Below, piece by piece: positions 24,171 to 36,891 of a stretch of 64,000 nt of DNA. The stretch's first letter is position 1; each line of letters starts with the position of its first letter. The position numbers and the translations under genes were made by a program. The DNA is from Selaginella moellendorffii (Eukaryota > Plantae > Lycopodiophyta): assembly GCF_000143415.4 (NCBI RefSeq), contig NW_003314272.1, positions 1,274,184 to 1,338,183 of the forward strand, written 5' to 3'. A model generated the notes under the pieces. That model did not search any database. It was not told where the DNA came from and saw only the letters and a program-made list of their open reading frames with translations.

Positions 24171-25843
24171 TCATTTAGTGCTGAAGTGGCCCTTGAGGAA
24201 AGCGATCATGTCGTTGTAGACGTCGTCCCGCGCTCGAGTGCTGAGGATGAAATCGAGGTGTGCATAATCCTCCACGTACAGCACCTTGGGGTTGCAAGTG
24301 AGGAGCTCCAGTGTGTGTGCGACATCTTTGGTGTCGGACAAGCAGTCCTTGCCACCGTAAGCCATCCACACTGGAAGGGCAGGAATGGTGGCGATGTCAT
24401 ACTTTGGAGGATGGAGCTGGCGGTAGTTTCGCAGATTTCCCACCCAGCCATAGTCGAACCGCTCATACGTGCCCTTCCGGATCACTGAAGAAGATCAAAG
24501 AGCTTTATCGCCAAGACAAGAGGAAGAAAGAGTACCGACTTTGTGCGAGGTGCTGCATGTTCTTGAGAGACGTGGACTGTGGCTCGTACTGCAAGTAGTA
24601 TGGGATTCTCGACACGTTGAAGCAACAGTTGGGACCTAGAAGGAAACCACCAAAGTGTTTTGCCTGTCACAACGAGTTCACAGCTCGAGACCGGCTTACC
24701 AGTTATGGCCGCCAGAAGGTTTCCACAGTCCACTTCCGGATCTGCGCAGGCCTTGTCAACGAGCTCCACGCCGATTTCGCTGGACAAGCAGCAGGACTTG
24801 ATTGAGCAGGAAAGCAAATCAAATCAGAAGAACCTTACTTGTGAAGGTTGAATTCATACAGACCAACCGCATTGCAAATCTGTCAGTGGGAGCCGGGTAA
24901 ATCGAAACCATCTCCAGAGGTTGCAAGAAGCTACGTACCGCGTCAATGTAAAGAAATGCGGCAGTACGAATGAGCTTGGAGGTGATATGATCCAAGTACG
25001 TGATCGGGCTCAGGAATGCCGCACCAGATACCAGTCGAGAAGTTTTTGGTGATGTTAGCGCCGCCAGGCCTATGATGGTGCCCTGTGAAAACCGGAGAGA
25101 GGATCGAATTCAGCACAAGAAGAAACATACGTCCCACACCTGAGAATGGCCAACGTAAAACACTTCCGAAGATGTTGAGCTGTGAATAAACTCCAGTATT
25201 GCTGGGATGTCATACTCTGCGAGTTCGTCCCAAGACCAGTCCCAGTATTTCTGTGAATAATTTGTCATCAATCACACAAACCAATGAGGAGCACGGAAAG
25301 CCATGATGATCATGATCGAGAACCTTATCGTGTATGGAGAGAGTTTCGTGACCCCGGCTCCAATAAGTTCCACGGCCGTTGGAAATCCACACATCAAAAC
25401 CTTCATCTGCCAGGATAAAACCAAGTGATTGCGATGGCGGATTCAGAAACCAAGTATCGCCCCCCTGGAAATCAAAAACAAGAAGAAAATTCTTTTCAGA
25501 GATGATCTCCCTAGTCATATCCCGAAACATGAAAAACTCTCAAACCTGGAGCAATCCATGCTGGAGCAAGACTGCCGGACGAGGAAGGGCACCACCCTTG
25601 CGAACTCCATACGGGATCCGCTGGACAGCAACGTGGAATCCATCTAGAGTGGTCACCTGTGTCGGGTCGATTGATCGTGAAAGAGGAGTGACAAGATAAG
25701 ATCATTACCTTGTGCTCGAGACAAGGATACCCAAATGGCCGCACGAAGACGCTGCACAAGCCAGCTCCTCGATCAAGCGAGGCAGAGGAAGGTAAGGAGA
25801 GACAGAGGAGCACTGTGGCGGCGATTGCCCACATCCACTCCAT
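24171..25843 (-). CDS. Triacylglycerol/acid lipase (LIP1/MPL1-like), secreted, multi-exon
   Basis: Signal peptide, [29 protein letters not shown]|G nucleophile motif, [14 protein letters not shown]. Confidence 0.93.
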
Positions 25844-26270
25844 ATCCAGCCCTCTGCCCTGCCGTGAATTTCAAACATCCCTCTTCACAATATTTAAACC
25901 TTTAATATTCGACTGTGACTATTAGCATTACTAACAGGAGAACCAAGGTATGACAAGATCTATGTATGTACAAGATCAAAGTTGGTCAAGTGAAAGGTTC
26001 TGCGATTGCCTACTCCTTTTTTTCAGCATTCCTGCTAATTCTTTGCGGTTGATGTTTGGACAAATGTCACGAGGCGACAAATTGTTGTCTCCTGGAGGAA
26101 CTCGTCAGAGCTGTCCGCTTTCTCCAGCTTGCTCCTTCCTCTCGATCTTGATCAGGGTTTCTAGATCCAAGAGAAGAAAGAAAAGCTATTTGATTAGCGA
26201 ACATGGTGACTAAACTCGTGAAAGCAAAACAGGTAGGCTCCTCCTCTCTCGTCTTCTGCTATTGATTATC

Positions 26271-28592
26271 ATGGGCTCTAAGTTCCTGCAGAAGCGCATG
26301 AAGGAAAGCCCGTATTACATCGGGCACAACACTACGACCAAACGCGCAGAGATCTCTCCCTATTCGGTGGATGTGGAGGATATCTATGAGACCCTCTACG
26401 TAAAGCAGAATGGAGGAGGAACAGCTGATCACTCGCCATACATCGCCACCCATGAGGAGGGAGAAAACATCCCCGACTTCATCCACATCAACCTGGAGAA
26501 TGAAACTCCATCTCTACCCAAGCTGAGCAGGCAATACAGCACGAAGCAGCACTCGATCACGAATGCCTCGCAGGCTGCTAGTGACACTTTCGAGCGAGGG
26601 GGAGAAATCCAGTCACGCTTCGAGCTCAGCATCGATCAGGCCGACGCCTCAAACTCTTCGTCCACCATCGGCAAAGCTCCACCAGTCTCGTCCGAGAGCT
26701 TTGAGGCTGTGTTTAGGCCGAGGAACAACGTCAACCGGCTGCTCACGAGCTGTGCCATGAGCAGCACCCGGAATGCTCTCACCGTCTCGGGTGTGGCCGC
26801 GGCTTTCTACAACGGGGGATGGCTCCCTCCAGCTCCAGCACCCGATCATAACGTTCTTGGGATCAACGAGTTTATCGCCGAGGTGAGAGGCGAGATTGAG
26901 TCCGGATTGCCAGGACGCTCCTTGACTGTCGTCCTCGGCAGCTATTTCCCAGGTGATGATTACACTTACGAGCTGGTTTTCTCTGTAGCTCTTCTTTGTG
27001 GTTGTTTATCAGACCTGGATTCTGTGGTTTCAACGATTGCTTACGCTTACTTCCTTCACACCAAGCGAGAATCACAAAACCACTGCATTGTACCCGTCGT
27101 CAACATGAAGAGGAGTGATCTCCAAATCCACACGGAAATAGATTGGCTGTTTAAGGCAGTGCAGCTCGATGTAGAGTCTCTTGTTTTCTCGGATGAGGTG
27201 TGTTGTTGCCATCCATTTTGTTTTTCTTGCTTTTTTATTCTTTTGTGTTGTCAGATTAGCTTAACGTATTATCATCGATTTGGTAATCTCAGGCTTGTCT
27301 TAGTGGATCATAAGAAGCTCGAACCCGTCCACGAGGTACGTAATTTCAAAATATTTTATGTTTTGGATTTCAAGTTTGTCGCGCAGAGCTTAGGTGATGT
27401 GATCGTTGAAACGCTTGAACACAGCATGGTACTTTAGATAATTAACTGTACTACGAAACTAATATTCTTCTCACTTTTACTTTCAGACTGAAAAGAAGAT
27501 CCTACAGGTGCTACTGGCTTGGTCTTTGTTTTTATTACAAAATGATTTTGTGATTTTTCTCTTTTCTATCATATGAAAGGTTGGCTCGTGCTGCACTTTG
27601 GTCGCGGAGAAATTCGCCTCCGAGGCTCCCAAGCTTTTACAAGGAAGAGGCTTGAGTCGACTTTTGGTAATCAGCTATAAATCCATGTCCGAGCTCTGTC
27701 TGATGGAAAAATGTGTGTAGCTCGCTGGAATTTTGATCGACACTTGCAACCTTGACTTGTCCATTGGCCAGTGCTCAAGCAGAGACGTCGCCATGGCAAC
27801 TCTGCTCTTGAATGGGGCGGGACGCTATGGTCGCAATGGTTTCTTCAAAATGCGTAAGTATGCTTTACTTCCGTGCTCCTCCTCTCATGATGTTTCATTT
27901 CGTCTCGTCAGTCCGGAAGAGAGTATCAGACTTGTCCGTGTTGAGCCCCAGGGAGATTCTCAACAAACAGATCGAAGTCTGGACTTCGGCAGCAGGTTTG
28001 CATATGTTTGTCTATGTACTTGTTTGATCGGTTTCAATTCGTTCATGGCCTGCAGGTAGCTCGGGAAGAATAGCAAGGATCGGGATGTGCGCCATGGGCA
28101 TTGCTTTGAGCAGGTTCCTCACTGTTGAAACGGGAGTTTCCGACGAGCTCGTCCACCTCCAAAGTAATTTTTTCGGTTCTTGTTCTTTTGGTTTCAAGGA
28201 TGACATGAAAACGTTCAACAGGATCCAAAAAACTTGACATCTTGCTGGTTCTTACGAGCTACTATGACAAATCCGACAAGTTTAAGGTGCTGCTCTTCTT
28301 TTTTTTTTTTTTTTGCAAGTATAAATAATCTCCTTGTGACCAGCGCGAGCTTCTCATAGCCACTGAGGGCGAAGGACTGCTCCAAACACTAGTCGAATCT
28401 TACAACACCGCAGCACTGCAGCTCCACCCGATGGATATCATAGGCAGGAAGAAAAAAATCTTTATTTTTTTGCTCTAACACTTCTGTCATGAAGGATTGG
28501 GGCCATACACAAAGGCGTTTTCGCAAGGAAATATCACCATTTCTGGAGCTCAAGTTCGTCACATCACTAAAGGCCTTTTCAGCAGTTGCTGA
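26271..28592 (+). CDS. PRUNE-like exopolyphosphatase/DHH-family protein with N-terminal extension, multi-exon
   Basis: DLDSVVSTIAYAY, VPVVNMKRSDL, LVLVDHKKL, VGSCCTLVAE, LLLAGILIDTCNL; predicted end ITKGLFSSC*. Confidence 0.82.
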
Positions 28593-30681
28593 GTTGAGTT
28601 TTTTGTGGATTCTTTCTAAAAGCTGATAAAGTTTCACTGAAATGAGATATGCATTTTTCCTTGTCGGCATCCATGTGCACAGGCTTCGCAAGCATCACGA
28701 GCGCAGCCGGGTTGCCAGGACTGAGCTTGAGAATCTCTTTTGCTGCTCTGTTTATCTGAGAAGAATCGGTAGAGCTCCTGAGCAGGGACATCCAGTCGAG
28801 CGCATCAGCCTCGTAAGGCATGCTCCACACGAGCTCCTCGGCCTCACGAAAGTATTTCGCTCGGGAAAGCAAGTCCACCATGCACGAGTAGTGCTGCTTG
28901 CTGGCTTCGAGGCCGTAGTCGAAGCTCATGGACGCAAAAAAAGACTTTCCAGAGTAGAGCTTGCCATCGTGACTACACGCAATGAGCACGGACGCAAAGC
29001 ACGCGTCGTTGGGAGTATTCACCAAGTTGATCGAGCAAAAAATCCGCGGAGCTTCGCCCCAGCGGCCACTATGGCAGTAGGCCGCGAGGAGAGATCCCCA
29101 CGACACAACGTCGCCGCTCTCTGGCTTGCGATGGAACAGTCGACGAGCACTCGCGAGGTAGCCGAGCTGAGCGTAGGCCGCGAGCATCACGTTCCAGCAC
29201 ACAGTGTCTCGCTGGGGAATCACGTCGAAAACTTCTCTTGCCTCTCGGATCTGCCCGCTTCGAATGTAAGCCACGAGCAAGCAAGTCCACGAGACGCTGT
29301 TTGGCTGCTCGCCACCGGGTATGGAATCCAGAACTCTCTTCGAATCGCGGGCATGGCCTTTGTTAGAGTACGCGGACAGAAGAGCTGTCCAGGAAACCAA
29401 GCTCCGCTCCGGCATCTCGGTGAAGGCCTTTCTAGCCTCCTCGATATGCCCTCTCCGGGCATACGCATCCAGCCTCGTGTTCCAGGTGACGAGGTCTCGC
29501 TCCGGCATCGCCGAGAACATGGCTTCCACGGCTTCCATCTCCACGTTTTCGCAGCGAGCAAGCGCCGTGACCATGGAGTTCCAGGACACAATGTTCCTCT
29601 GTGGCATTCGCCGGAACACGGCTCTTGCTTTCTCGATATGCCCGATGTGGGCATATCCACTCAGCAAGGAGTTCCAGGACACGAGATTACGCTCTATCAT
29701 CTCATCAAATGTGAGCTCTAGAGCCTCAATGATTCCAGCCCGTGCATAGAGCGCTAGCATGCAATTGCCAGAGACTAGATCGTGGAAGGGCATTCGAGTG
29801 CTAAAGAAAATCTCAGCTTTGTGGCGGTGCGCGCTTTGGGAGTACGCTGCCAGCATAGAGTTCCAAGAGACGATGTCGCGCTCCTCCATTTCAGCGAATA
29901 CACGAGCCGCCTTCTCGACTTCCCGTGCCTGAACAAATGCCGCAAGCAAAGAGTTCCACGAAACCAAATCCCTCTCTGGCATCATCGTATAAAAAATTAT
30001 CACTGCTTGATCTATGCCTTTCGAGGAATACGCGGATAGAAGGCAATTCCACGAGAACATATTCCTTTCTGGCATTGTATCAAACACCTCCTTGGCCTCT
30101 TCCAAATGTCCAGACTGGGCAAGTGCCGAGACTAATAACGTTCCAGACACTAAGTCCCTTGATGGCATTTCGTCGTAGATTCTTTTGGCATCTAGAATCA
30201 TCTTGCTTCCACAGTAAGCAGCTAGCATTGACGTCCATGAGACCATGTCCCTCATGGGCATCTCGTCAAATATTTTCTTTGCAGATTCAATGTGGCCGTT
30301 CTGGGCATAAGCAGAGAGCAGTGATGTCCACGACACCAAGTCATGCTCCGGACTTTGGACAAAAACCCTCCAAGCATCGACCAGTTGCCCATTCTTGAGG
30401 TAAGCATCCAGCATCAAGTACCAGGAGAAAGCATCTTTGGAATCGATGGAATCAAAAACTTGTCGTGCTAGAGCAGGACTTCCAACACGTCCGTACATGC
30501 GAATGAGCTTGTTGTGGATCCGAACGTCCACCGCAGTGTGGGTTTTGCCAAGAGTGTGGCTACTGATGTACTGGTGGATGTTCCTGGCATCCTCTAACCC
30601 ATTGCAAGAATCGATGAGCTTGAAACACTCGTTCCTATTGAAGTTGCCACCCTTGATGAGCTCCACACAAGTTCTACACAT
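28579..30681 (-). CDS. PLS/SS-class PPR protein with E-type extension, 700 aa
   Basis: Intronless; many 31-aa repeats; HYSCMVDLLSRA...MPYEADALDWMSLL. Confidence 0.94.
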   Translation of the reverse strand: MCRTCVELIKGGNFNRNECFKLIDSCNGLEDARNIHQYISSHTLGKTHTAVDVRIHNKLIRMYGRVGSPALARQVFDSIDSKDAFSWYLMLDAYLKNGQLVDAWRVFVQSPEHDLVSWTSLLSAYAQNGHIESAKKIFDEMPMRDMVSWTSMLAAYCGSKMILDAKRIYDEMPSRDLVSGTLLVSALAQSGHLEEAKEVFDTMPERNMFSWNCLLSAYSSKGIDQAVIIFYTMMPERDLVSWNSLLAAFVQAREVEKAARVFAEMEERDIVSWNSMLAAYSQSAHRHKAEIFFSTRMPFHDLVSGNCMLALYARAGIIEALELTFDEMIERNLVSWNSLLSGYAHIGHIEKARAVFRRMPQRNIVSWNSMVTALARCENVEMEAVEAMFSAMPERDLVTWNTRLDAYARRGHIEEARKAFTEMPERSLVSWTALLSAYSNKGHARDSKRVLDSIPGGEQPNSVSWTCLLVAYIRSGQIREAREVFDVIPQRDTVCWNVMLAAYAQLGYLASARRLFHRKPESGDVVSWGSLLAAYCHSGRWGEAPRIFCSINLVNTPNDACFASVLIACSHDGKLYSGKSFFASMSFDYGLEASKQHYSCMVDLLSRAKYFREAEELVWSMPYEADALDWMSLLRSSTDSSQINRAAKEILKLSPGNPAALVMLAKPVHMDADKEKCISHFSETLSAFRKNPQKTQLSNC

Positions 30682-30739
30682 TAGAAAACTTGAAAGCTTT
30701 ATTTCGGTTTGTGGATCTTAGCATGCTTCATCGCAAGAT

Positions 30740-31746
30740 CTACAGAACAATCCAAATTCCATGACCAGACTCGCCATCATTCACTCCATAACGAGAACTA
30801 ATGAAGTGGACCTTGAGGTTGTTTGGAACGCACAGCTTGAGGATCTCAAGGTAGCTCACAAGCTCGGCATTGCCAGAAGCCACAGCGTTTCTCATCACAA
30901 CGTCGTAGTAATGCGTCACCTCGCGTTCCTTCTCCTGGATCATCGCACAGGTTCTGTCCACCGATTCCTGGAGCGTGTTGATGCTGGGAATCCAAGAGCA
31001 ACTGCAAGGACGCGATGCTTCTCAGTGGCTTTTTGGCGCGCAGCTCCGCGGGAAAGGAGATAACGTCGTTGACAAGGAGGACGTGGTCGTTGATGGCATT
31101 CTGGAGCGCCAGGTAGTCCCGCGACTCCAAATCGCTGTCTGGGAGCGCAATCTCCAGCGACATCTCGATGAATGGGAAGCAGGGGAGGAGGAAGCAATCG
31201 AGCCTCCTGCGGGCTCGACCGTCAACGCCGATTGTGCTAGAGAAAGGACGCTCCGGTCCATGGAGGCAGCGTAGGGCCTCCATCTGCGCGACCACACCCG
31301 GGGAGCCATGGATGATCGCAGGCGCGGAATGAGGTCCGCGCAGAACTCGAGCGATGGATGGACTGGATCGCGATGTGGGTGCGCCCCGTGGAGGATGCCC
31401 TGGAAAGTCTCCAGGAACTCCTCCCGGGGGGCGCCGCTGGGGGACTCGTCCTCGAGGAGATCATCCAGCATGATCGCGTTCCAAACCACGCGAACTCGGT
31501 GGATCCGCACGGCACGAGCATGCTCATGTAGAGCGGGATTCGCATGCGCTCCAGGGAGAGCTTTTGGGCATCGCTCATGCTGGGATTGATGAATGGGAAT
31601 GCCCACTCGTTCGCGAGCTTGGCAACGAGCTTGTGGTCGGGATGCCAGGCGCTGGAGGGGATGGAGCAGCGAATGGGCCGTAAATAGAACCTCTTTAGCC
31701 CCAGGAGGTGTTCCATGGCGGGAATCTTCTCCACGGCAAGTGCCAT
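30740..31746 (-). pseudogene. Microbial-type terpene synthase (MTPSL) pseudogene, copy A
   Basis: Near-identical to 44401-45441 but with several indels (~30990 +1; ~31212 ~-10; ~31275-31285; ~31473 +5; ~31497 ~-20) that scatter the protein over different frames. Confidence 0.92.
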
Positions 31747-31996
31747 GACCATTAGGAAGTTCGTGGAGGGCATTTTATAGTCGCCATATGGCAGAGTTTT
31801 GTGGGGTGATATCGAATGCTTGAAAATGCTATCGCAGTGGCTCGATTGTCATTGTACATCCCAGACGAAACATGGGGCGGCGGGACTATTGAAAGAAAAG
31901 TTTCATGCTCGTGTTTTCTCACCCCTCGTTGAAAAAACCGATCGATCCATTGTATTTAAGAAGGTGGCAGTCCAGTGTTACTAGCAGAAAAGAGAG
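31747..31996. promoter_or_regulatory. 250-bp putative bidirectional promoter between MTPSL-A and P450-A
   Basis: Divergent ATGs. CTATAAAA on the minus strand at ~31773-31780; TATTTAA on the plus strand at ~31953. Both are retained in copy B. Confidence 0.6.
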
Positions 31997-33559
31997 ATGG
32001 ATCTCACACTTAGTGTCGTTGTAAGCTCTCTCCTCCTCCTTTTTATCCTGGCCGTCGTGATAATCAGCTACAAGACTTCTCCACCAGGGCCATGGGGATT
32101 GCCCTTGATTGGCCACCTCCACTTGCTAGCGAGAATGCCCCTCCACCGAGCGCTGCAATCCATGTCACAAAAGCACGGCCCCATTGTGTCCTTGAGCCTG
32201 GGAATGAGGCCAGCGATCCTAATATCAGCGCCAGCTCTGGCAAGAGAGCTCTTCACCTCGCAGGATGTGAATTTTCCATCCAAGCCATATACGAGTGTCT
32301 CAGAGCACATAGGCTACAACTTTAGAAGCATCGGGACTGCCCCTTATGGCGAGTACTACAGCAGCATCCGGAAGCTGTGCCTGACGGAGCTCTTCACCGC
32401 CAGGAATATCGATTCGTTTTCATGGATTCGAAGAGAAGAGCTCTCGCATCTATTGAGTGCAATTCTCAGCAGGGCCAGCCATGGGCAGGCGCTGGATTTG
32501 AGGAAGACCCTGTCGGTGTTCACATTCAACAGCATAACCGGCGCCCTCATGAGCAAACGGTACCTCAGCCACGATACCGGTGCGGCTAGCTCAAAGGAGG
32601 CCATGGAGTTCAAGAATTGGTTAATCGAAGTGTTGCAGCTTGTTATGGAGCCCTCTTTGAGCAACTTCGTGCCTTGGTACTTGAGATGGCTTGACTGGAA
32701 GACTCCTGGATTGAGACGCCTTCATGCAAAGCTGGATAAGTTCTTGCAAATGGTTGTGGAAGAACACAAGAAGAGCACCCGAGAGCAGAAGGACTTCCTT
32801 GACATCCTGCTCAAGGCTTTCGGAGAGGAGGAAGCTTATGCAAAAGCTAATCTGTTGGTACGTGCGTGAGGATGAAGAACAAGATAGTGCTTCTGACATT
32901 CATATTCTTTCTTTCAGGACTTGATGGTGGCAGGAACTGAAACTTCCGTCACTGGGACCGAGTGGCTTATGGCAGCAGTGATCCAGGAGCCCCGGATCCT
33001 GAAAAAAGCCCAGCAAGAGCTTCACGATGCCGTGGGCAACAGGCGGATGGTGCAAGAATCAGACCTCTCCAAGCTCGGCTACCTCGACGCCATCATCAAG
33101 GAGTCACTCAGGCGCTACCCAATAGTCCCGATCTACATCCGCGAGTGCCAAGGCCAAGCGTCAAAACTCGGGGGCTACGACGTCCCAAAAGGAACCATCG
33201 TGATCGTCAACTCGTGGGCGCTGGGAATGGACCCCGTGGTGTGGGAGAATCCCACACAATTCTTGCCGGAACGCTTCCTCGCGAGCTCCATCGACATCAA
33301 AGGCCAGGACTTTGAACTCCTTCCATTTGGATCTGGGCGGAGGAGATGCCCAGGGATGCCCTTGGGCCTAAGAACCATGAAGCTGCTCGTGGCAAATCTC
33401 ATACATGGCTTTGACTGGAGTGTGGAGCCTGGGAAGATCCAATCCATGGAGGATTGCTTCAAATCTACTTGCATCATGAAGCATCCACTGCGGCCAGTGG
33501 TTACTCCAAGGCTGCACAAAGATGCCTACACTACCCAAATACATGATTTCTTCATATGA
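31997..33559 (+). CDS. Cytochrome P450, CYP71 clan (A-type), copy A, intact ~500 aa; intron 32858-32917
   Basis: TM anchor, PPGPWGLPLIGHLHLL, AGTETS (I helix), KESLR, PERF, PFGSGRRRCPG heme motif; single intron before the I helix, typical of the CYP71 clan. Confidence 0.95.
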
Positions 33560-33954
33560 TAAATTTTAATTTAGCTTTTTGCGAGATCCAAATGTACAAT
33601 TACAAAATTATATACTAATATTAGTGTAGTGGAATTTTGGTAATTAATATTAACGTAGTGGAATTTTAGTACCTGTCGGATTGATTTCAATTTAAACCAT
33701 TCACTTGAGCTAGGGTTTTTGGATTAATTAATATATACATTTTTTATATTCCCTTTTTCATATCCCTAAGGAGTGTTTGGATTTGGGATTTTGGTTTAGA
33801 TTTAACTTTAGTATCATCTAGATCTAATTTTTTCCATTTCCTTTCTTTTATTTATTTCTTTTAAAATTTTGGTTTAGATTTAACTTTTCCATTGTTTAGA
33901 TCTCCTTTTCCTTTTAGTTTTTTTCACTTCTCTTCTTTTACTCTTTCTTTTTTA

Positions 33955-34166
33955 TTCATCTTCATAGTAGAGCAGTAGTTTTCTTCTCTTTTGACTCTGG
34001 AGCAATATTCATCTTCATAGTAGAGTAGTAGTTTTCTTCTCTTTTGACTCTGGAGCAATATTCATCTTCATAGTAGAGCAGTAGTTTTCTTCTCTTTTGA
34101 CTCTGGAGCAATATTCATCTTCATAGTAAAGTAGTAGTTTTCTTCTCTTTTGACTCTAGAGCAACA
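33955..34166. repeat. 53-bp tandem repeat x4 in the retroelement leader
   Basis: Unit TTCATCTTCATAGTAGAGCAGTAGTTTTCTTCTCTTTTGACTCTGGAGCAATA. The inverted sister element has one copy (~41350-41405). Confidence 0.92.
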
Positions 34167-34913
34167 TTTGATGCAATTGCTTGATGCTATATGATTGCAA
34201 TTGAACAACCAAACTTAGTTGATGGCGGCATTCATGGCATGTGGTACAACTCCTCCTACTCTTGATGCTAATCCTCACGTTCGGCTGGAGTTCTTTTATG
34301 GGAATCCTAGAGATGATGTGTACCATTGGTTCGATCATTTCACGATGATTGCTATATATCATTCTTGGGATGATGCTCGACGTTTGCATGAATTTCCCAT
34401 GTGTCTCCAAGGGATGGTGTTGGAATGGTACAATGGTTTGAGTGCAGCCACTCGTAGGGATTGGAGTGTTCTCCCAAACATCTTCAAACGCGTTTACAAA
34501 TATGCTGATGATTGTGATGATGCCTTCTAACAATTGCATCGTTTTTGTCAAAGGCCATCTGAGTCTATAATGCAATTTGGTGTTAGTTTCTGAAGCCTCT
34601 TGCTTCATGCAGAGTTAAATATGTTGAAGCGGATCAAGTTGGGAATGTTATAGCTAACACTTCATCAAGATCTTGTTGAACTTGTGCATGCATTTGCTCC
34701 AACCACCCTTGATAATGCTCTTCGCTTGGCACAATGTTATAAAATATCGCCTTTTCCACTTCTCGTTGCATGTCCTTTAGCTCCACTTTCTGTGGGCAAT
34801 GGTCCTATTTCAATGAAAGTTGATGTTGCTGCTGCTCGAGTCCAAAGACAAGTGCGAGGATGTGGTCGTAGTTATGATGTTCATTGCTAAGTGTGTGATG
34901 AAGTTAGTCACAC

Positions 34914-35381
34914 TGTAGTGTATATGATCATGGGATGAGATTTGGATATACTGTCACCGTGGATCCTTGGAACCTTAGGGGATAAATAGGGATAAAATAG
35001 CCACTAAGGGCTCTCTCATCAAGCAATTGCCCCAGTTAGCTTAAGAGGAGAAAGATAAGGTGTGCTACATGTGGTATTAGAACAAATGGCACGGAAGGAT
35101 TGGTACATTCAGTGCGGAAATGGAGGTGTTGGTTCCTCTTGGCTTTGGTTCCTTTTAGCTCAATGGGGGTTGTTATTCAATAGTCAATAAGGACATTGAC
35201 ATCTCTGAAGGGGGGGTGAGTGTAGCACATATGATCATGGGATGAGATTTGGATATACTGTCACCGTGGACCTTTGAAACCTTAAAGGATAAATAAGGAT
35301 AAAATAACCACTAAGGGCTCTCTCATCAAGCAATTGCCCCTTTTCCAATTGGCTTAAGGGAGAGAGATAAAGTGCATTACA
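34914..35381 (+). mobile_element. TRIM (terminal-repeat retrotransposon in miniature), 468 bp
   Basis: LTR1 34914-35069 and LTR2 35221-35381 (TG...CA), PBS-like TGGTATTAGAAC, PPT GAAGGGGGGG, TSD CACAC/CACAT. Confidence 0.88.
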
Positions 35382-36697
35382 CACATTTATCGACGTTGTT
35401 AGTGTTTTTCAAATTGGCAACCTCCATTTCTTGGATGGAGAATTTGGCATCAATAATGTTTTGTTAGTGTTATTACAGTGGAAGGTTTGGACACCAAGAT
35501 GCATCCGGGAAACGAGGAATCACCCAAGTAATGGAGGAACCTTGCACGAATAAGTTAGTGACCCCTCCATCTTTCTTGCAAGAGTATTATCAAGGGGTTC
35601 ACTTAGCACCAGTTCATCTAGTGTTTACTTTCCAAGTTCGTTTTTATAATAAAAGGTCTTCTATTATTCTCTCCGTGTTAGTTGATACAGGTTTGAATTT
35701 ATCTTTTATTGTTTGACCTGTTGCCACATATTGCCATCTACATTTGCATTGTGTGGCAGAGCCAGTTTTCATTCTTTATGGCAACGGCTGTACACATACA
35801 TGTGCACTGGATGAGGTGGACCTAGTTGTGGGTATAGGCAATCTTAAGCTTGAGTTGCAGTCATTGTGGGTGGTGCCAAGTCAAACTTTTGACTTCATCC
35901 TTGGTATGGATTGATTGCAACATAATTATGCCAAATGTGACTTTGAGGCTTCTCCCCCTTGTCTCATACTTCCTTATATTTCATCCATTCCTTTCACTTC
36001 CATACCTTTTCGTCCCTTTGCTTATACCTCTACTTCAATTACTTTTGTTTCCTTATTACTTCCTCCTATGTTTCCGTGTTGTTCCACTTTTCCCTTTTCC
36101 GATCCCTTTGATAATCTTTGTATTGTAGCGGTTGACTAGTTCATGAAAGAGTATGGCGATCTCTTTGATTTGAGGTATTGTCTGGGGCCAAGATTGCCAC
36201 ATGTCATCCAATTCTAACCAGGGATGCTTGTCTAATCAAAGTTCATGTTTGTTATTAGTCACTCAAAGAGATCAAGATTTTACATGCAAACATCAAAAAG
36301 ATGTTGAAAAAGGGTATTATTCTAAAGTTGTGGAGTCCTTAGGCATGTGAATCTCATCTGGTGATAATGCTTGAAGGGAGTATTCATTTCTGCATCAATT
36401 ATTATCCATTAAATGAAGTGACGATCCCGAATGTGTACCCTCTTCCTCACACTGTTGATCTTTTGGATCGTCTGGGGAGAAGTCATTGGTTCACCAAGCT
36501 AGATCTTGCTTTTATGTATTGGCAAGTACCGATGGCCGAAAAAGATATTCCTAAGACTGCTTTTTGTACATTTTTTAGTTTGTATAAATTCTTGGTGATG
36601 CTGTTTGGTTTGTAAAATGCCCTAGCAACTTTCCAGCGGATGATGGATGAGGTTCTTTGTGATATGCTAGAGGTAACTGCTAACTTCATTAATGATA

Positions 36698-36891
36698 TGT
36701 AAGCAACCAAAGGGAACGACTTGAGAGATGATCCATGGGGTTCAAATATAGAGGGAAAGGGCCCATGAACAAGAGTGCACCCCCTTTTCCAATCGGTTAA
36801 GGGTCTTGGGATAGTTGGGGTTAAGCGTCCTTGGGTTTGAATAGTACTGGGCTGGGTGACCTCCCGGGAAGTCCAAATTCAAGAGCTTACA
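36698..36891. mobile_element. 194-bp solo LTR containing a 5S rRNA-derived segment (Cassandra-like)
   Basis: Termini TGTAAGC...GCTTACA, perfect TSD TGATA (36693-36697 / 36892-36896); 36820-36874 matches the plant 5S rRNA internal control region. Confidence 0.85.

Noticed and set aside
7045-28592. LPR1, ferroportin and PRUNE-like phosphatase as an Fe/phosphate gene cluster
   Set aside because: They are separated by unrelated housekeeping genes; chance in a gene-dense genome is sufficient.
36820-36874. Functional 5S rRNA gene
   Set aside because: Only ~55 nt of ~120 are present, inside a TSD-flanked LTR-like insert.
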